From Trueperaceae bacterium (GTDB lineage: Bacteria > Deinococcota > Deinococci > Deinococcales > Trueperaceae), in NCBI GenBank assembly GCA_965215565.1, contig CBDCDZ010000004.1:3328001-3392000 (forward strand): a stretch of DNA of 64,000 nucleotides, written 5' to 3'. The translations under genes and the position numbers were made by a program. Positions 28,111 through 37,703 of this stretch are shown here, piece by piece. Each line of letters starts with the position of its first letter. Position 1 is the stretch's first letter. Below the pieces are notes generated by a model. It saw nothing but the letters and a program-made list of their open reading frames with translations, did not search any database and was not told the DNA's origin.

Positions 28111-29184
28111 TTAGAGCCACCGCTTCCGCCGAAAGTAGACGATCAGGCTGAGCGCCACCGCGAGCATAAGGAGCCACACCGCTGGATAACCCCAGCGCCA
28201 CGAAAGCTCGGGCATGTAGATAAAGTTCATGCCGTACACGCCCGCGACAAAGGTTAAGGGGATGAAAATTGTGGCGATGATAGTCAGAACCTTCATGATC
28301 TCATTCATGCGGTTCGAGATGCTGGACAGGTAGATGTCGAGCATCCCCGTGAGGATGTCGCGAAAGGTCTCCACCGTGTCGATGACCTGGACCGTGTGCT
28401 CATACACGTCTCTCAAGTAGGTCAGCGTGTGGGCGCTGACGAGTGGGCTCTCCTCGCGCATCAAGAGGCTCAGCACTTCTCGGAGAGGCCACACCGCTTT
28501 GCGCAAAAAGAGCATCTCGCGCTTATAGGTGTTGATGGCTCTAAGGGTGTCGGGCGTAGCGTGATCGATGAGCGTCTCCTCTAAATCCTCGAGCCGCCCG
28601 CTCACCCCTTCTAAGATGAGAAAATACGAGTCTATCACGGCGTCTAGGAGCGCGTAAGCCAAGTAGTCGGGACCGGACTTACAGATTCGCCCCTTGTTGT
28701 TCTTGATGCGCCCGCGTATGCCTTCGAACACGTCGCCTTGCCGCTCTTGAAAGGAGAAGACGGCGTTTTGAGTCAGGACGACGCTCACCTGCTCGTCGCG
28801 GATGGTGCCCTCGTCGCTCAAGCTGAGCATCCGCAGCACGATGAAGATGTAGTGGTCAAAAAATTCTATCTTGGGGCGCTGTCCAGTGCTGACGATATCC
28901 TCCAACGTGAGCGGGTGAAGCGCGATGCGCTCGCCCACCGTGCGGATGACCTCGGGGCGGTGCAAGCCGCTGACGTTGAGCCAATTGACCTGCGCGCTGA
29001 CCTGTGTGGCGCTCATGAGGTTCAACGCTTCCGCCGCGTCTATCTCCTCACGTCGCTGCGCCCCGGCAGCGTCATACGTGAAGAGTGAAACGCGCACAGT
29101 TTCGTCTTGCGCGTCTCCTGTATAGACCATCGTGCCGGGTGCCTGCCCGACTTTACGCGCCGAGCGGCGCACCATCTTGTGCAT
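28111..29184 (-). CDS. corA: Magnesium/cobalt transporter CorA
   Basis: HPLTLEDI, QRPK, MNEIMKVLT and the YGMNF signature; two C-terminal TM helices. Confidence 0.97.
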   Translation of the reverse strand: MHKMVRRSARKVGQAPGTMVYTGDAQDETVRVSLFTYDAAGAQRREEIDAAEALNLMSATQVSAQVNWLNVSGLHRPEVIRTVGERIALHPLTLEDIVSTGQRPKIEFFDHYIFIVLRMLSLSDEGTIRDEQVSVVLTQNAVFSFQERQGDVFEGIRGRIKNNKGRICKSGPDYLAYALLDAVIDSYFLILEGVSGRLEDLEETLIDHATPDTLRAINTYKREMLFLRKAVWPLREVLSLLMREESPLVSAHTLTYLRDVYEHTVQVIDTVETFRDILTGMLDIYLSSISNRMNEIMKVLTIIATIFIPLTFVAGVYGMNFIYMPELSWRWGYPAVWLLMLAVALSLIVYFRRKRWL

Positions 29185-29247
29185 CGTGTCACCTCGTCAG
29201 CCAGTATAAGTTTTCGGCGCGAAGCCAGCGTAAAAAGTGCCGCATTT

Positions 29248-29382
29248 TAGCAGGTATCATCTGGTCAGCTACACCCTCACTAAAGAGAACATCGCCTAGC
29301 ACGCACTTTCAGGGATGAAATTCCGCTATTGCTGCGCAATGAGATCTGCGGAGAAGTGTAGCAACGATAAGTGGAACTGCTA
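29248..29382 (+). mobile_element. MITE-like element, family 1, copy F
   Basis: TAGCAGGTATCATCTGGTCAG...TAGCACGCAC...GAGATCTGCG...GGAACTGCTA, flanked by TTT on both sides. Confidence 0.78.
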
Positions 29383-29548
29383 TTTATCTTAAATTCGAGG
29401 GTGGCACGCCGTACCATCCGCGTGACCTCTTCATTCCGGTGGGGGCGTAAAAGAGGGTTCTGCTCGAGCACGCAGTTCGGGTAGTTTGAGCTAAGCAACC
29501 TACCCGCGCGTATCGCGCCGTCAATCCAAGGCGACGCTTCAGCACGAA

Positions 29549-30304
29549 TCAGACGCTCGAGGCGACTTGGTCGTGCACGATTCTCACCACACGCCCCACG
29601 ATCTCCTCGATCTGCTCGGGCGCGATGGCGGTGGGCGTGCCGTTTTGGTGCTCGGGGTTGGCGCTCGCCAGCTTGACAACGTGGCTGAAGCGGTCCTCTT
29701 TGAGCAGCTTGCAGACGTAGCCGTTGTCGATCAAACGGGCGACGACGGGGCTGTTGTTGTGTCCCTTGGCGTTCTTGTCCACCAAAACGGTGTCGCCGTC
29801 GTAGATAGGGTGCCTGCCTGCCGCCATTGAATCGCCGCGAATCTTGAAGCCTAAAAGCTCCCTGCCCCGCGCGAACTCCTCTTCCACCCAGAGCTGCTCA
29901 TCTAAAATCTCCTCGGTCTGGTCTGGGCCCGCGCCTACCCAGCCCGCCATGCGCACCTCGATGCGTTTGAGAGGAGGCATCGGTTGGAGGTCCGTGATGA
30001 GGTCCGCGCCGCGTGCGCCGGGCTCGAGTTCGTACACCAACACGTGCAGCGGCACCTCCAGGGCGTCTGCGAGTTTGACGAGCGTGTCCACGCTCGGTTT
30101 GACAACGCTCCCTTTCGGGGAGACGCGCCCGTGGTAGAGACCGTAGACCGTCGTGCGCCCGAGGCCGAAGTGATCCGCGAACTCCTCTAGGCGCTTCATA
30201 CCGCATTCAGCCATACGCGCAGAAATCCGTGCCTGAAAGGGCCCTATAGCGGGTTCCTTCGGCGTTTGGGGCGAGCGTGTGGCTCGAGCGCTTGACTTAC
30301 TCAC
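29549..30304 (-). CDS. XRE-HTH plus peptidase S24 self-cleaving repressor (CI/LexA-like)
   Basis: N-terminal HTH (LEEFADHFGLGRTTVYGL...PSVDTLVKLADALEV), Ala-Gly cleavage site (VGAG), catalytic Ser (IRGDSM) and Lys (VCKLL). Confidence 0.9.
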   Translation of the reverse strand: MSKSSARATRSPQTPKEPAIGPFQARISARMAECGMKRLEEFADHFGLGRTTVYGLYHGRVSPKGSVVKPSVDTLVKLADALEVPLHVLVYELEPGARGADLITDLQPMPPLKRIEVRMAGWVGAGPDQTEEILDEQLWVEEEFARGRELLGFKIRGDSMAAGRHPIYDGDTVLVDKNAKGHNNSPVVARLIDNGYVCKLLKEDRFSHVVKLASANPEHQNGTPTAIAPEQIEEIVGRVVRIVHDQVASSV

Positions 30305-30360
30305 ATATGTAATAATAAACTACTCGCATATGAGAGTAAAGAGGGTAGCTCGTATTCGAG
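30292..30360. promoter_or_regulatory. Overlapping divergent promoters with three related operator-like palindromes
   Basis: CTCACATATGTA (30300), CTCGCATATGAG (30323) and CTCGTATTCGAG (30349). Plus strand: TTGACT-N18-TAAACT. Minus strand: TATTAT 7 nt before the repressor GTG. Confidence 0.55.
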
Positions 30361-30513
30361 AACTTTGTTGAAGCGCACGCCAGTCACCGCCGCTCTGAAT
30401 TGCACCGTCTACACAAATCAAATCGAGGTTGTCTAAGCCGCGAGGGTGGTCTGAATATGAGACGCCCGAGCATTTGCCGAATTGCGCGAGACGAGGGGAG
30501 AAGTCATGCGTAA
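30330..30513 (+). pseudogene. Possible frameshifted Cro-like HTH gene
   Basis: MRVKRVARIRELC* then, after a +1 shift at ~30369, EAHASHRRSELHRLHKSNRGCLSREGGLNMRRPSICRIAR... This loosely fits the XRE pattern; judged by eye only. Confidence 0.3.
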
Positions 30514-30856
30514 GTTGAAGTATGGTGCCAGGTTCCGAGCGTCTCGTGTCCGCAGTCTTCACGCGAAACCGTCCATTAGGGATACCGAGCTGGAGTTGCT
30601 GAGGCGCGTGGTGGTGAAGCTCGAGTCCCTCTCCGACGTGCTCTGTGAGTATGAGCGCGCAGAGATGCTCGAGATACACAAGCTCCTCTTGCTGCTCGAG
30701 GTGCGGCACTCGCAAGGCGTGAGGGAGCGTGAAGAGGGTGAAAGCGCGAGCCGCGTGGACTGGGCGCGGCTGCTGCCGCTCTTGCTCGCTGCGGGCGTGG
30801 TGCTAGGCGTCGTCGTCGCCCAGTTGCTCGGGCTCGACATGCGCCACGCCCTGTAG
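30506..30856 (+). CDS. Hypothetical protein with a C-terminal TM helix
   Basis: ATG 30506 follows GAGGGGAG; helical region, then WARLLPLLLAAGVVLGVVVAQLLG. Confidence 0.6.
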   Translation: MRKLKYGARFRASRVRSLHAKPSIRDTELELLRRVVVKLESLSDVLCEYERAEMLEIHKLLLLLEVRHSQGVREREEGESASRVDWARLLPLLLAAGVVLGVVVAQLLGLDMRHAL

Positions 30857-31198
30857 CCCACCTTGTAATATGCTCCTTAGCACGCGCATCCCTATGAGCG
30901 CTTTCGGAAAGCCCAAAAACATCGCCGCTTGCAGCACGGTCTCCCTGAGTTCAGCGACGCTCGCGCCGCAGTTCAGCGCGCCGCGCATATGCGTCTTTAG
31001 CTCGTTCTCGCTGCCGACGCTCAGGAGCGCGGTGACGGCGAGCAGCTCCCTCGTTTTCAGCTCGAGTCCAGGTCGCGCCAGCACGGTGTCATAAGCCACC
31101 TCGAAGACGAGCTTGGCAAGCTCAGGGTCGAGTTGCTCGAGGTTGCGCTCGATCGCCTCACGCTTATCGCCCCAGAGCGTATCCCGTATCGATGTCAT
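30803..31198 (-). CDS. Carboxymuconolactone decarboxylase (CMD) family protein
   Basis: VLARPGLELKTRELLAVTAL, ELKTHMRGALNCGAS and FLGFPKA. Start placed at ATG 31198. Confidence 0.88.
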   Translation of the reverse strand: MTSIRDTLWGDKREAIERNLEQLDPELAKLVFEVAYDTVLARPGLELKTRELLAVTALLSVGSENELKTHMRGALNCGASVAELRETVLQAAMFLGFPKALIGMRVLRSILQGGLQGVAHVEPEQLGDDDA

Positions 31199-31709
31199 AG
31201 GGGCGAGTCTACCGCATAGCTGGATGTTCAGATACTCACGGCGGTTTCGCAACGTGGTGGGTATCATCCTTCGATATGGAACTGGAGCAATTCATAAAGT
31301 TGAGGACATTTTTGACCAGATATAGCAACCAACATAAGTACTGATTAGAATAGCGCAAGTACCATTCTCAAATGTACGTGCTATACGGTGTTCTACATTG
31401 TGAGAGCGTCCCAAACTAAATGATACTTGCTATAACACTTGCTAGCGTAAGTATGAACGCTTCTTCACCATTCGGATAACTGCGTTCCGCGCGAAATTCG
31501 TGTAATACTTGTACGCTATTTAACCCTCTAGACGCCTTAGAATGCTTAGGAGTTGCTCATCGGGGGTGCCTATGGTGGAGCGAGCATGACGCGCGCCTCC
31601 CTAGATACAAGACTATAGGTGCAAGCGGATGAGGAGCGATACGCATCCAGAAACCGGTTCATAAACGTTGCCATTCACAAACGTTGCTACATCAGGAGGT
31701 CAGACCAGG

Positions 31710-34232
31710 ATGAAAGAACAACATCGTGCAGGGCTACATGGGGCGCAAACCCCGTTCTTGGAGCCAAAGCCGCACACGCCGAGCGCTGCTTTGGCGAATG
31801 TAACTCGGGCCGCGCTGCTCCCGCTACTCATGCTGAGCTTAACCGCTTGCGACCTCTTCGGCGACACTGATCCGCCCCCGCCTCCTTCCGATCGACCTTC
31901 GGTCACGGCGGTGTCGCCCACGGATGGCGAGCAGGATGTCGCACTCAACGAAGCCGTCGTCGCCACGCTCAACCTACCCAACGGCGCGATTGACGAGAGC
32001 ACTGTCGGCAACAGCACAGTGTCGCTGACGCAAACGGGCGAAGCGGTTGCCGTGTCCGCCACACCCGCTGTTTCGGACAGCATCATCACGCTCACGCCGG
32101 ATGAGCCTCTCACCCCTGAGACGACGTATACCTTTTCTATCGACGTCTCCGTCGCCGATGAGAGCGGCGAGACGCTCGCCGAAGCGTTCTCGAGCAGCTT
32201 CACAACAGGAGACGGCGAAACAGATACAGAAGAGCCCGCGCTACCTGAAGCGAACTTAACGAGCGCCGAACAGCTCATCTTCGAGACGCAAAATACTCAG
32301 ACAAGTGAGGCGCAGACCCTGACAATCAGCAACACGGGCGACGCCGCTTTTACGCTCAGTAGCCTCGAGCCTACCGACAGCCAGTTCGTTCTAACGACGC
32401 CAACGCTGCCCGCGACGATTGCGCCCGGACAGTCGGTAGACGTTGAGGTTGCTTTCAAGCCGACCTCATTGGGTCCACAAGATGCGACGCTGACGGTGAA
32501 CGGCGACTCGTCGCTAGGTACTGACTTGCGCGGGCTCAGTGTGAAGGGGGACGGCGGCGACTTAGAGCCTTCTTTGCAGTGGATTTTTGAAACGTTCGGT
32601 CTAGATATCAGCACGGGCGATCCCGACCCTTCGACTACCTCTATCGTCAGCTTCGATGACTTCGGTGAAGATGAAGAGGCGCGCCGTGCAGAGCTTAACG
32701 GTACGCTCAGCGAAAACGAGCGCATCATCCAGAGATTCCAAAAGGCGGGCAGTGGCGATGTGACGGTTGAAGTGCTCGCGACTTACGGTTTAGATAGCGA
32801 CCCCGTTACGGAGTTCGGTTGGTATCCGATTGGCGATACAGCGTCACGCGAAGAAGTGTTTAGGATCGAAACTGAAACAGGCAACGCGCAGACGCTGAAC
32901 CCGGAAGCTGTCGGTCCCCTGAGCTTCGACCCAGGCGACTCGAGCTTCGGCTTCTACTCGATTTGGCCCGGTTTCAACGACCGCGAAATCTACACGCAAG
33001 ACAGCCTCAACATATTCGGTGGTGCGATACCTCATCACGTCCGCACCTATCCGCTTCCGGGTGAAAGCAACGCCTACATCCTCGCTACAGAAGAGTTTAC
33101 CCAAGGCTTCGACTATAACGATGTTGTCGTCGTCGTGCGTAATGTCAGACCTGCTGGACCGGAGGGTCTGTCCTGTAACCAGAGCGCGCCCATTATCTCG
33201 GACCGCGCGCTGAGCAAGTCCTACAACGGATTCGAACTGCAAAACCTCAGCGGTGCACCCTTCGCGGACCGCTTAGTGTTCAGCCGCATCGGTAACATCA
33301 GCGGCGACTTCAACGATAGAATCGAGCCTTTCACCGACCTCAAGTGCCACGACCTCAATGTTTTGCGCCTCGTGAACGAGAGCGCCAGTGCGCTCGATAT
33401 AAGCAATGTGAGGATTACGGGTAGCTCGAGCGGCGCGTTCATGTTACCTAGCGGTGGACTGAGTAGCGTCGCTGCTGGTCAAACCAAAGATATCGTTGTG
33501 CAGTTCACCGAAGACTCTGGTGGCAGAGGCATACGCGAAGCCACCCTAGAGATGCAAGTTGGCGGCGAGACGGTCGAAGTCGAGCTAGCAGGTATCTATC
33601 AAGAAGCACCCGAGGGCGGACGCGAGGAGTACTTGGGCGGCGTTGTTAGAGCGTTTGGTTACAGCACTGACGTAGGCACAAACACTAGGGGCGAAATCGA
33701 GAGCGCGGAGCCGCCCGAAGACCCCAATTTCGAGCGTGCGGGTGATGAGGTCATCTCACGCTTCTGGCAACGCGCTGACGCCAGCGAGCCTGTCTACATC
33801 CGTCAACTCGCCGCGTTCCATAGCTGCTGCGGCTCTAGCTCAAATGATGATCTCAGAGTTGTGGAGAGAGACAGCGACAAACAACTAGGAAGATTCGAGC
33901 ACGCCGAGGTCTACGGACAAGCTGTTCTGCCTCCATTGCAAGGTGCAGAAACCGAAGCCGCCGAAATGCGCGTTGAACCGAGCGAGCCCTTCGAGTTGAT
34001 CGTTCGCAACGGCTACAGCACCGATTGGATAGGCGGAAGTAAAAATAACAACAACCTCGGCGTGCGCCTCTGGCCCGTGGAGAGAAACGGAAGCACGGCG
34101 GGATTCGAAAACACCTACATCGTCGCCCAAGACTTTGTTGATCAGGGATGCGGCACGACGGACACCGCCAACTGTGACTTTAACGACAACATGTACCTCA
34201 TCACCAACGTAACACCCACTTCACCAGAGTAG
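31710..34232 (+). CDS. Surface lipoprotein with Big_5 Ig-like and ASH/PapD-like Ig domains and two repeated DYND/DFND-ending domains
   Basis: Lipobox LTAC; Ig-like PSVTAVSPTDG...L.PETTYT; LTISNTGDA; internal repeats ending FDYNDVVVVVRNV and CDFNDNMYLITNV. AGGAGG RBS. Confidence 0.8.
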   Translation: MKEQHRAGLHGAQTPFLEPKPHTPSAALANVTRAALLPLLMLSLTACDLFGDTDPPPPPSDRPSVTAVSPTDGEQDVALNEAVVATLNLPNGAIDESTVGNSTVSLTQTGEAVAVSATPAVSDSIITLTPDEPLTPETTYTFSIDVSVADESGETLAEAFSSSFTTGDGETDTEEPALPEANLTSAEQLIFETQNTQTSEAQTLTISNTGDAAFTLSSLEPTDSQFVLTTPTLPATIAPGQSVDVEVAFKPTSLGPQDATLTVNGDSSLGTDLRGLSVKGDGGDLEPSLQWIFETFGLDISTGDPDPSTTSIVSFDDFGEDEEARRAELNGTLSENERIIQRFQKAGSGDVTVEVLATYGLDSDPVTEFGWYPIGDTASREEVFRIETETGNAQTLNPEAVGPLSFDPGDSSFGFYSIWPGFNDREIYTQDSLNIFGGAIPHHVRTYPLPGESNAYILATEEFTQGFDYNDVVVVVRNVRPAGPEGLSCNQSAPIISDRALSKSYNGFELQNLSGAPFADRLVFSRIGNISGDFNDRIEPFTDLKCHDLNVLRLVNESASALDISNVRITGSSSGAFMLPSGGLSSVAAGQTKDIVVQFTEDSGGRGIREATLEMQVGGETVEVELAGIYQEAPEGGREEYLGGVVRAFGYSTDVGTNTRGEIESAEPPEDPNFERAGDEVISRFWQRADASEPVYIRQLAAFHSCCGSSSNDDLRVVERDSDKQLGRFEHAEVYGQAVLPPLQGAETEAAEMRVEPSEPFELIVRNGYSTDWIGGSKNNNNLGVRLWPVERNGSTAGFENTYIVAQDFVDQGCGTTDTANCDFNDNMYLITNVTPTSPE

Positions 34233-34275
34233 TGCGTTAAACTGGAGCGTTTGGCTGTAGCCAATAACCTAGAAC

Positions 34276-34302
34276 GGCAGCGGGCTGAGTGAGCCCGCTG
34301 CC
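34276..34302. other. GC-rich intergenic hairpin without a U-tract
   Basis: GGCAGCGGGCT-GAGTG-AGCCCGCTGCC, directly before the RBS of the next gene. Confidence 0.6.
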
Positions 34303-34307
34303 AAGGA

Positions 34308-36422
34308 GTGCAGATGAAAAGAGCTATCCCTATAATCCTCTTACTCTTCGGTCTCGTGGCGTGTGACATCTTTGGTCCAGTCCTTCCTGACCCTGAGGAG
34401 CGTCCTACGGTCATTAGCTCGAGGCCTAGCGACGGTGACAACATCGTTTCCCCAGACGTCGAAATCGAGGCTCGCCTAGAGCTTCCTAACGGTGATATTG
34501 ACGAGGATACCCTCGGTAACGGAACGGTCAGATTGACCGAAGTGGGCAGCGACGCGCTTCTATCTGGCGATATATTTTTTTCGGGTGACACGATTACCTT
34601 CGATCCTCGCAGCTCATTGGACGTCAACAAAAGCTACACCTTTGAGGTTACGGAGGGTGTCAAGGATGAGGACGGCATGTCCGTCGAGCCCTACGAGATC
34701 ACCTTCCAGACGAGCGACCGTCCGAGAATCCAACGTTCGGAGCCCCGAAATGGCGACACGAACGTGAACCCCGAGGCTTCGGTGTCGCTTTATCCGGTTA
34801 GAACCGAAGGCGGTCTCGAGAGGTCGACGAGCAACGCTTCGACGGTCAACCTCATCGAAGTGGCAACGGGTGAGACGGTCGCCATCGAACGAGGCACCTC
34901 GGGCGGTTTCGACATCATCACGCTCGATCCTGAGGAACCGCTTAAAGAGAATACGGCGTACCGGGTTGTGCTGACGGACGGCGTTAAAGATCAGGGCGGC
35001 AATTCTTTTATACCTTTTGAAAGCACCTTCACGACGAGGGAAAAAGACCCGAATACGCCGGGTAATGTCAGATTCGATAGGCAGACTGTCACACCTAGCA
35101 GCGATAACGATTCATACACATCGCTCGATATCGGTCCCGACCGCAACCTTTACGCAACGACAGTGGACGGGCGCATCAAGCGCTTCCCCATCAACGCCGA
35201 CGGTACACTGGGCAGCGCGCAAACTATTACCTCTTTACAAGGAGAAGAGGGTGGTCCGAGGTTGCTCATCGGTTTCGCCTTTGACCCCTCGTCATTTGAG
35301 CCTGGCGCTGAACTGGTTGCTTGGGTAAGTCATACTTTCGTCGATGACGATTTCGAACTCAAGAATATCGACGAGCCCTGGAGCGGTAAGATTAGCAGGC
35401 TGAGCGGTCCCGATTTGGGAACCGTTGAAACGTACGTCGAAGGCTTGCCTCGCTCCTCAAAAGATCACGTCACTAATAGCATCGCGTTTAATCCCGCTGA
35501 GCCCGGCGTGCTCTACTTCAACCAGGGCAGCAATACTGCGATGGGTGCGCCCGACAGCGCGTGGGATTTTCAGGAAGAGCGCCTCCTTTCCGCTGCTACG
35601 TTGCGCCTAGATATCAGCGCGGTCGAGGCGGGTACGCTACCTCTCGACGTGCAGACGGAGGATGGCGGTTCCTACGATCCCTTTGCGCCAAATGCGCCCC
35701 TCACCGTTTTTGGAAGCGGCATCCGCAACGCTTACGACCTCGTCTGGCACTCCAATGGCTCGTTGTACGTGCCGACGAACGGTTCCAATTTGGGCGGGAT
35801 TGTGCCTCGCTACGATCCTATCGGTAACACGTGCAGCACGGCGCGCCCAGAAGGTCAATACACCGGTCCTAAGTTAGATGATCCAAGCGACGTTGACGGC
35901 AAGTATGTCGAGGACAGAACAGACGGGTGGCTCGTTGAAGATCAGGTTCAGAGTGACTTCCTCTTTAGAGTGGAACGGGGAGGATACTACGGTCATCCTA
36001 ATCCTAAGCGCTGCGAGTGGATTCTAAATGGCGGTGGCAACTATGAAGATGAAGAAGCGCAGGTCAACATCTATAAGAGCGATACCGAGCCTGATCCCAA
36101 CTACCGAGGTTTTGCCTATGACTTCGAAAGGAACAAGTCTCCGAACGGCGTGATCGAGTACAAAAGCAGCACCTTTGGCGGGGAACTTCAAGGTAAATTG
36201 CTAATCGCCCGTTACAGCAACGAAGACGACATTCTCGTGCTCACGCCAGGCGGTCCAGATGGCGACATCAGCCAGGCGGAGACGCCCGACGATTTGGATA
36301 ACTTCAACGACCCCATCGACTTAGTCGAAGATACGACGAACGGCAACCTCTACGTCTCCGAATTCGACGAAAGCGAAAGTACAGACGATCAGGGCATCGT
36401 GCTGCTGACACCTTCTAACTAG
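34308..36422 (+). CDS. Lipoprotein with two Big_5 Ig-like domains and a glucose/sorbosone-dehydrogenase-like beta-propeller
   Basis: Lipobox LVAC; two Ig-like repeats; TSLDIGPDRNLY, GIRNAYDLVWHSNG and GGYYGHPNP motifs. Confidence 0.8.
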   Translation: MQMKRAIPIILLLFGLVACDIFGPVLPDPEERPTVISSRPSDGDNIVSPDVEIEARLELPNGDIDEDTLGNGTVRLTEVGSDALLSGDIFFSGDTITFDPRSSLDVNKSYTFEVTEGVKDEDGMSVEPYEITFQTSDRPRIQRSEPRNGDTNVNPEASVSLYPVRTEGGLERSTSNASTVNLIEVATGETVAIERGTSGGFDIITLDPEEPLKENTAYRVVLTDGVKDQGGNSFIPFESTFTTREKDPNTPGNVRFDRQTVTPSSDNDSYTSLDIGPDRNLYATTVDGRIKRFPINADGTLGSAQTITSLQGEEGGPRLLIGFAFDPSSFEPGAELVAWVSHTFVDDDFELKNIDEPWSGKISRLSGPDLGTVETYVEGLPRSSKDHVTNSIAFNPAEPGVLYFNQGSNTAMGAPDSAWDFQEERLLSAATLRLDISAVEAGTLPLDVQTEDGGSYDPFAPNAPLTVFGSGIRNAYDLVWHSNGSLYVPTNGSNLGGIVPRYDPIGNTCSTARPEGQYTGPKLDDPSDVDGKYVEDRTDGWLVEDQVQSDFLFRVERGGYYGHPNPKRCEWILNGGGNYEDEEAQVNIYKSDTEPDPNYRGFAYDFERNKSPNGVIEYKSSTFGGELQGKLLIARYSNEDDILVLTPGGPDGDISQAETPDDLDNFNDPIDLVEDTTNGNLYVSEFDESESTDDQGIVLLTPSN

Positions 36423-36453
36423 ATGTTTTCCAACTAAACGCCAGGGTTAACCT

Positions 36454-36483
36454 AAGCGGGCTTCTCAGAAGCCCGCTTTTTTT
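36454..36483 (+). terminator. Intrinsic terminator
   Basis: AAGCGGGCTTCT-C-AGAAGCCCGC followed by T7, between convergent genes. Confidence 0.85.
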
Positions 36484-36488
36484 CGCCC

Positions 36489-37364
<876 letters not shown>

Positions 37365-37541
37365 AGGTAAGGAGAGCTTAACCCGAACCGGAACGAGGCG
37401 TAAGAAGCAAAGTTCGGATGCTTACCTCTTAGTACGAAATTGTACAGCTTACTTACCCTGACTGAGGGCGTTGCTTCGCCTAGCGGGAGCAGAGCGACTT
37501 TACTTCGTGCGTAGAGCTTTTCAGCGACTCAGCTTTAGCGA

Positions 37542-37586
37542 TCCTGCTCTCAGGCGAAGCCTAGCGGGACGGCTTTGCCTGAGAGC
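37542..37586. repeat. REP-like palindrome, also found nested in MITE copy B
   Basis: TCCTGCTCTCAGGCGAAGCCTAGCGGGACGGCTTTGCCTGAGAGC is the reverse complement, with one mismatch, of 13931-13975. Confidence 0.8.
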
Positions 37587-37703
37587 GAGTTCGGGCTGAG
37601 TTTACGTCCCATCCGTAACGGGCACGGCTTAGTTCGCGAACTAAGCCGTGCAACCTCGTATTACGCTTCCCGACGTTCTGCGCTTTTTTTCCTACTTGCG
37701 CGC

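Noticed and set aside
7200..29382. Dispersed repeats as a CRISPR array
   Set aside because: Copies are kilobases apart and variable in length, with no repeat-spacer periodicity and no cas genes.
29549..31267. Intact prophage or canonical lexA
   Set aside because: No integrase, replication or structural genes nearby. The N-terminal domain is XRE-type rather than the LexA winged helix, so no gene symbol was assigned.
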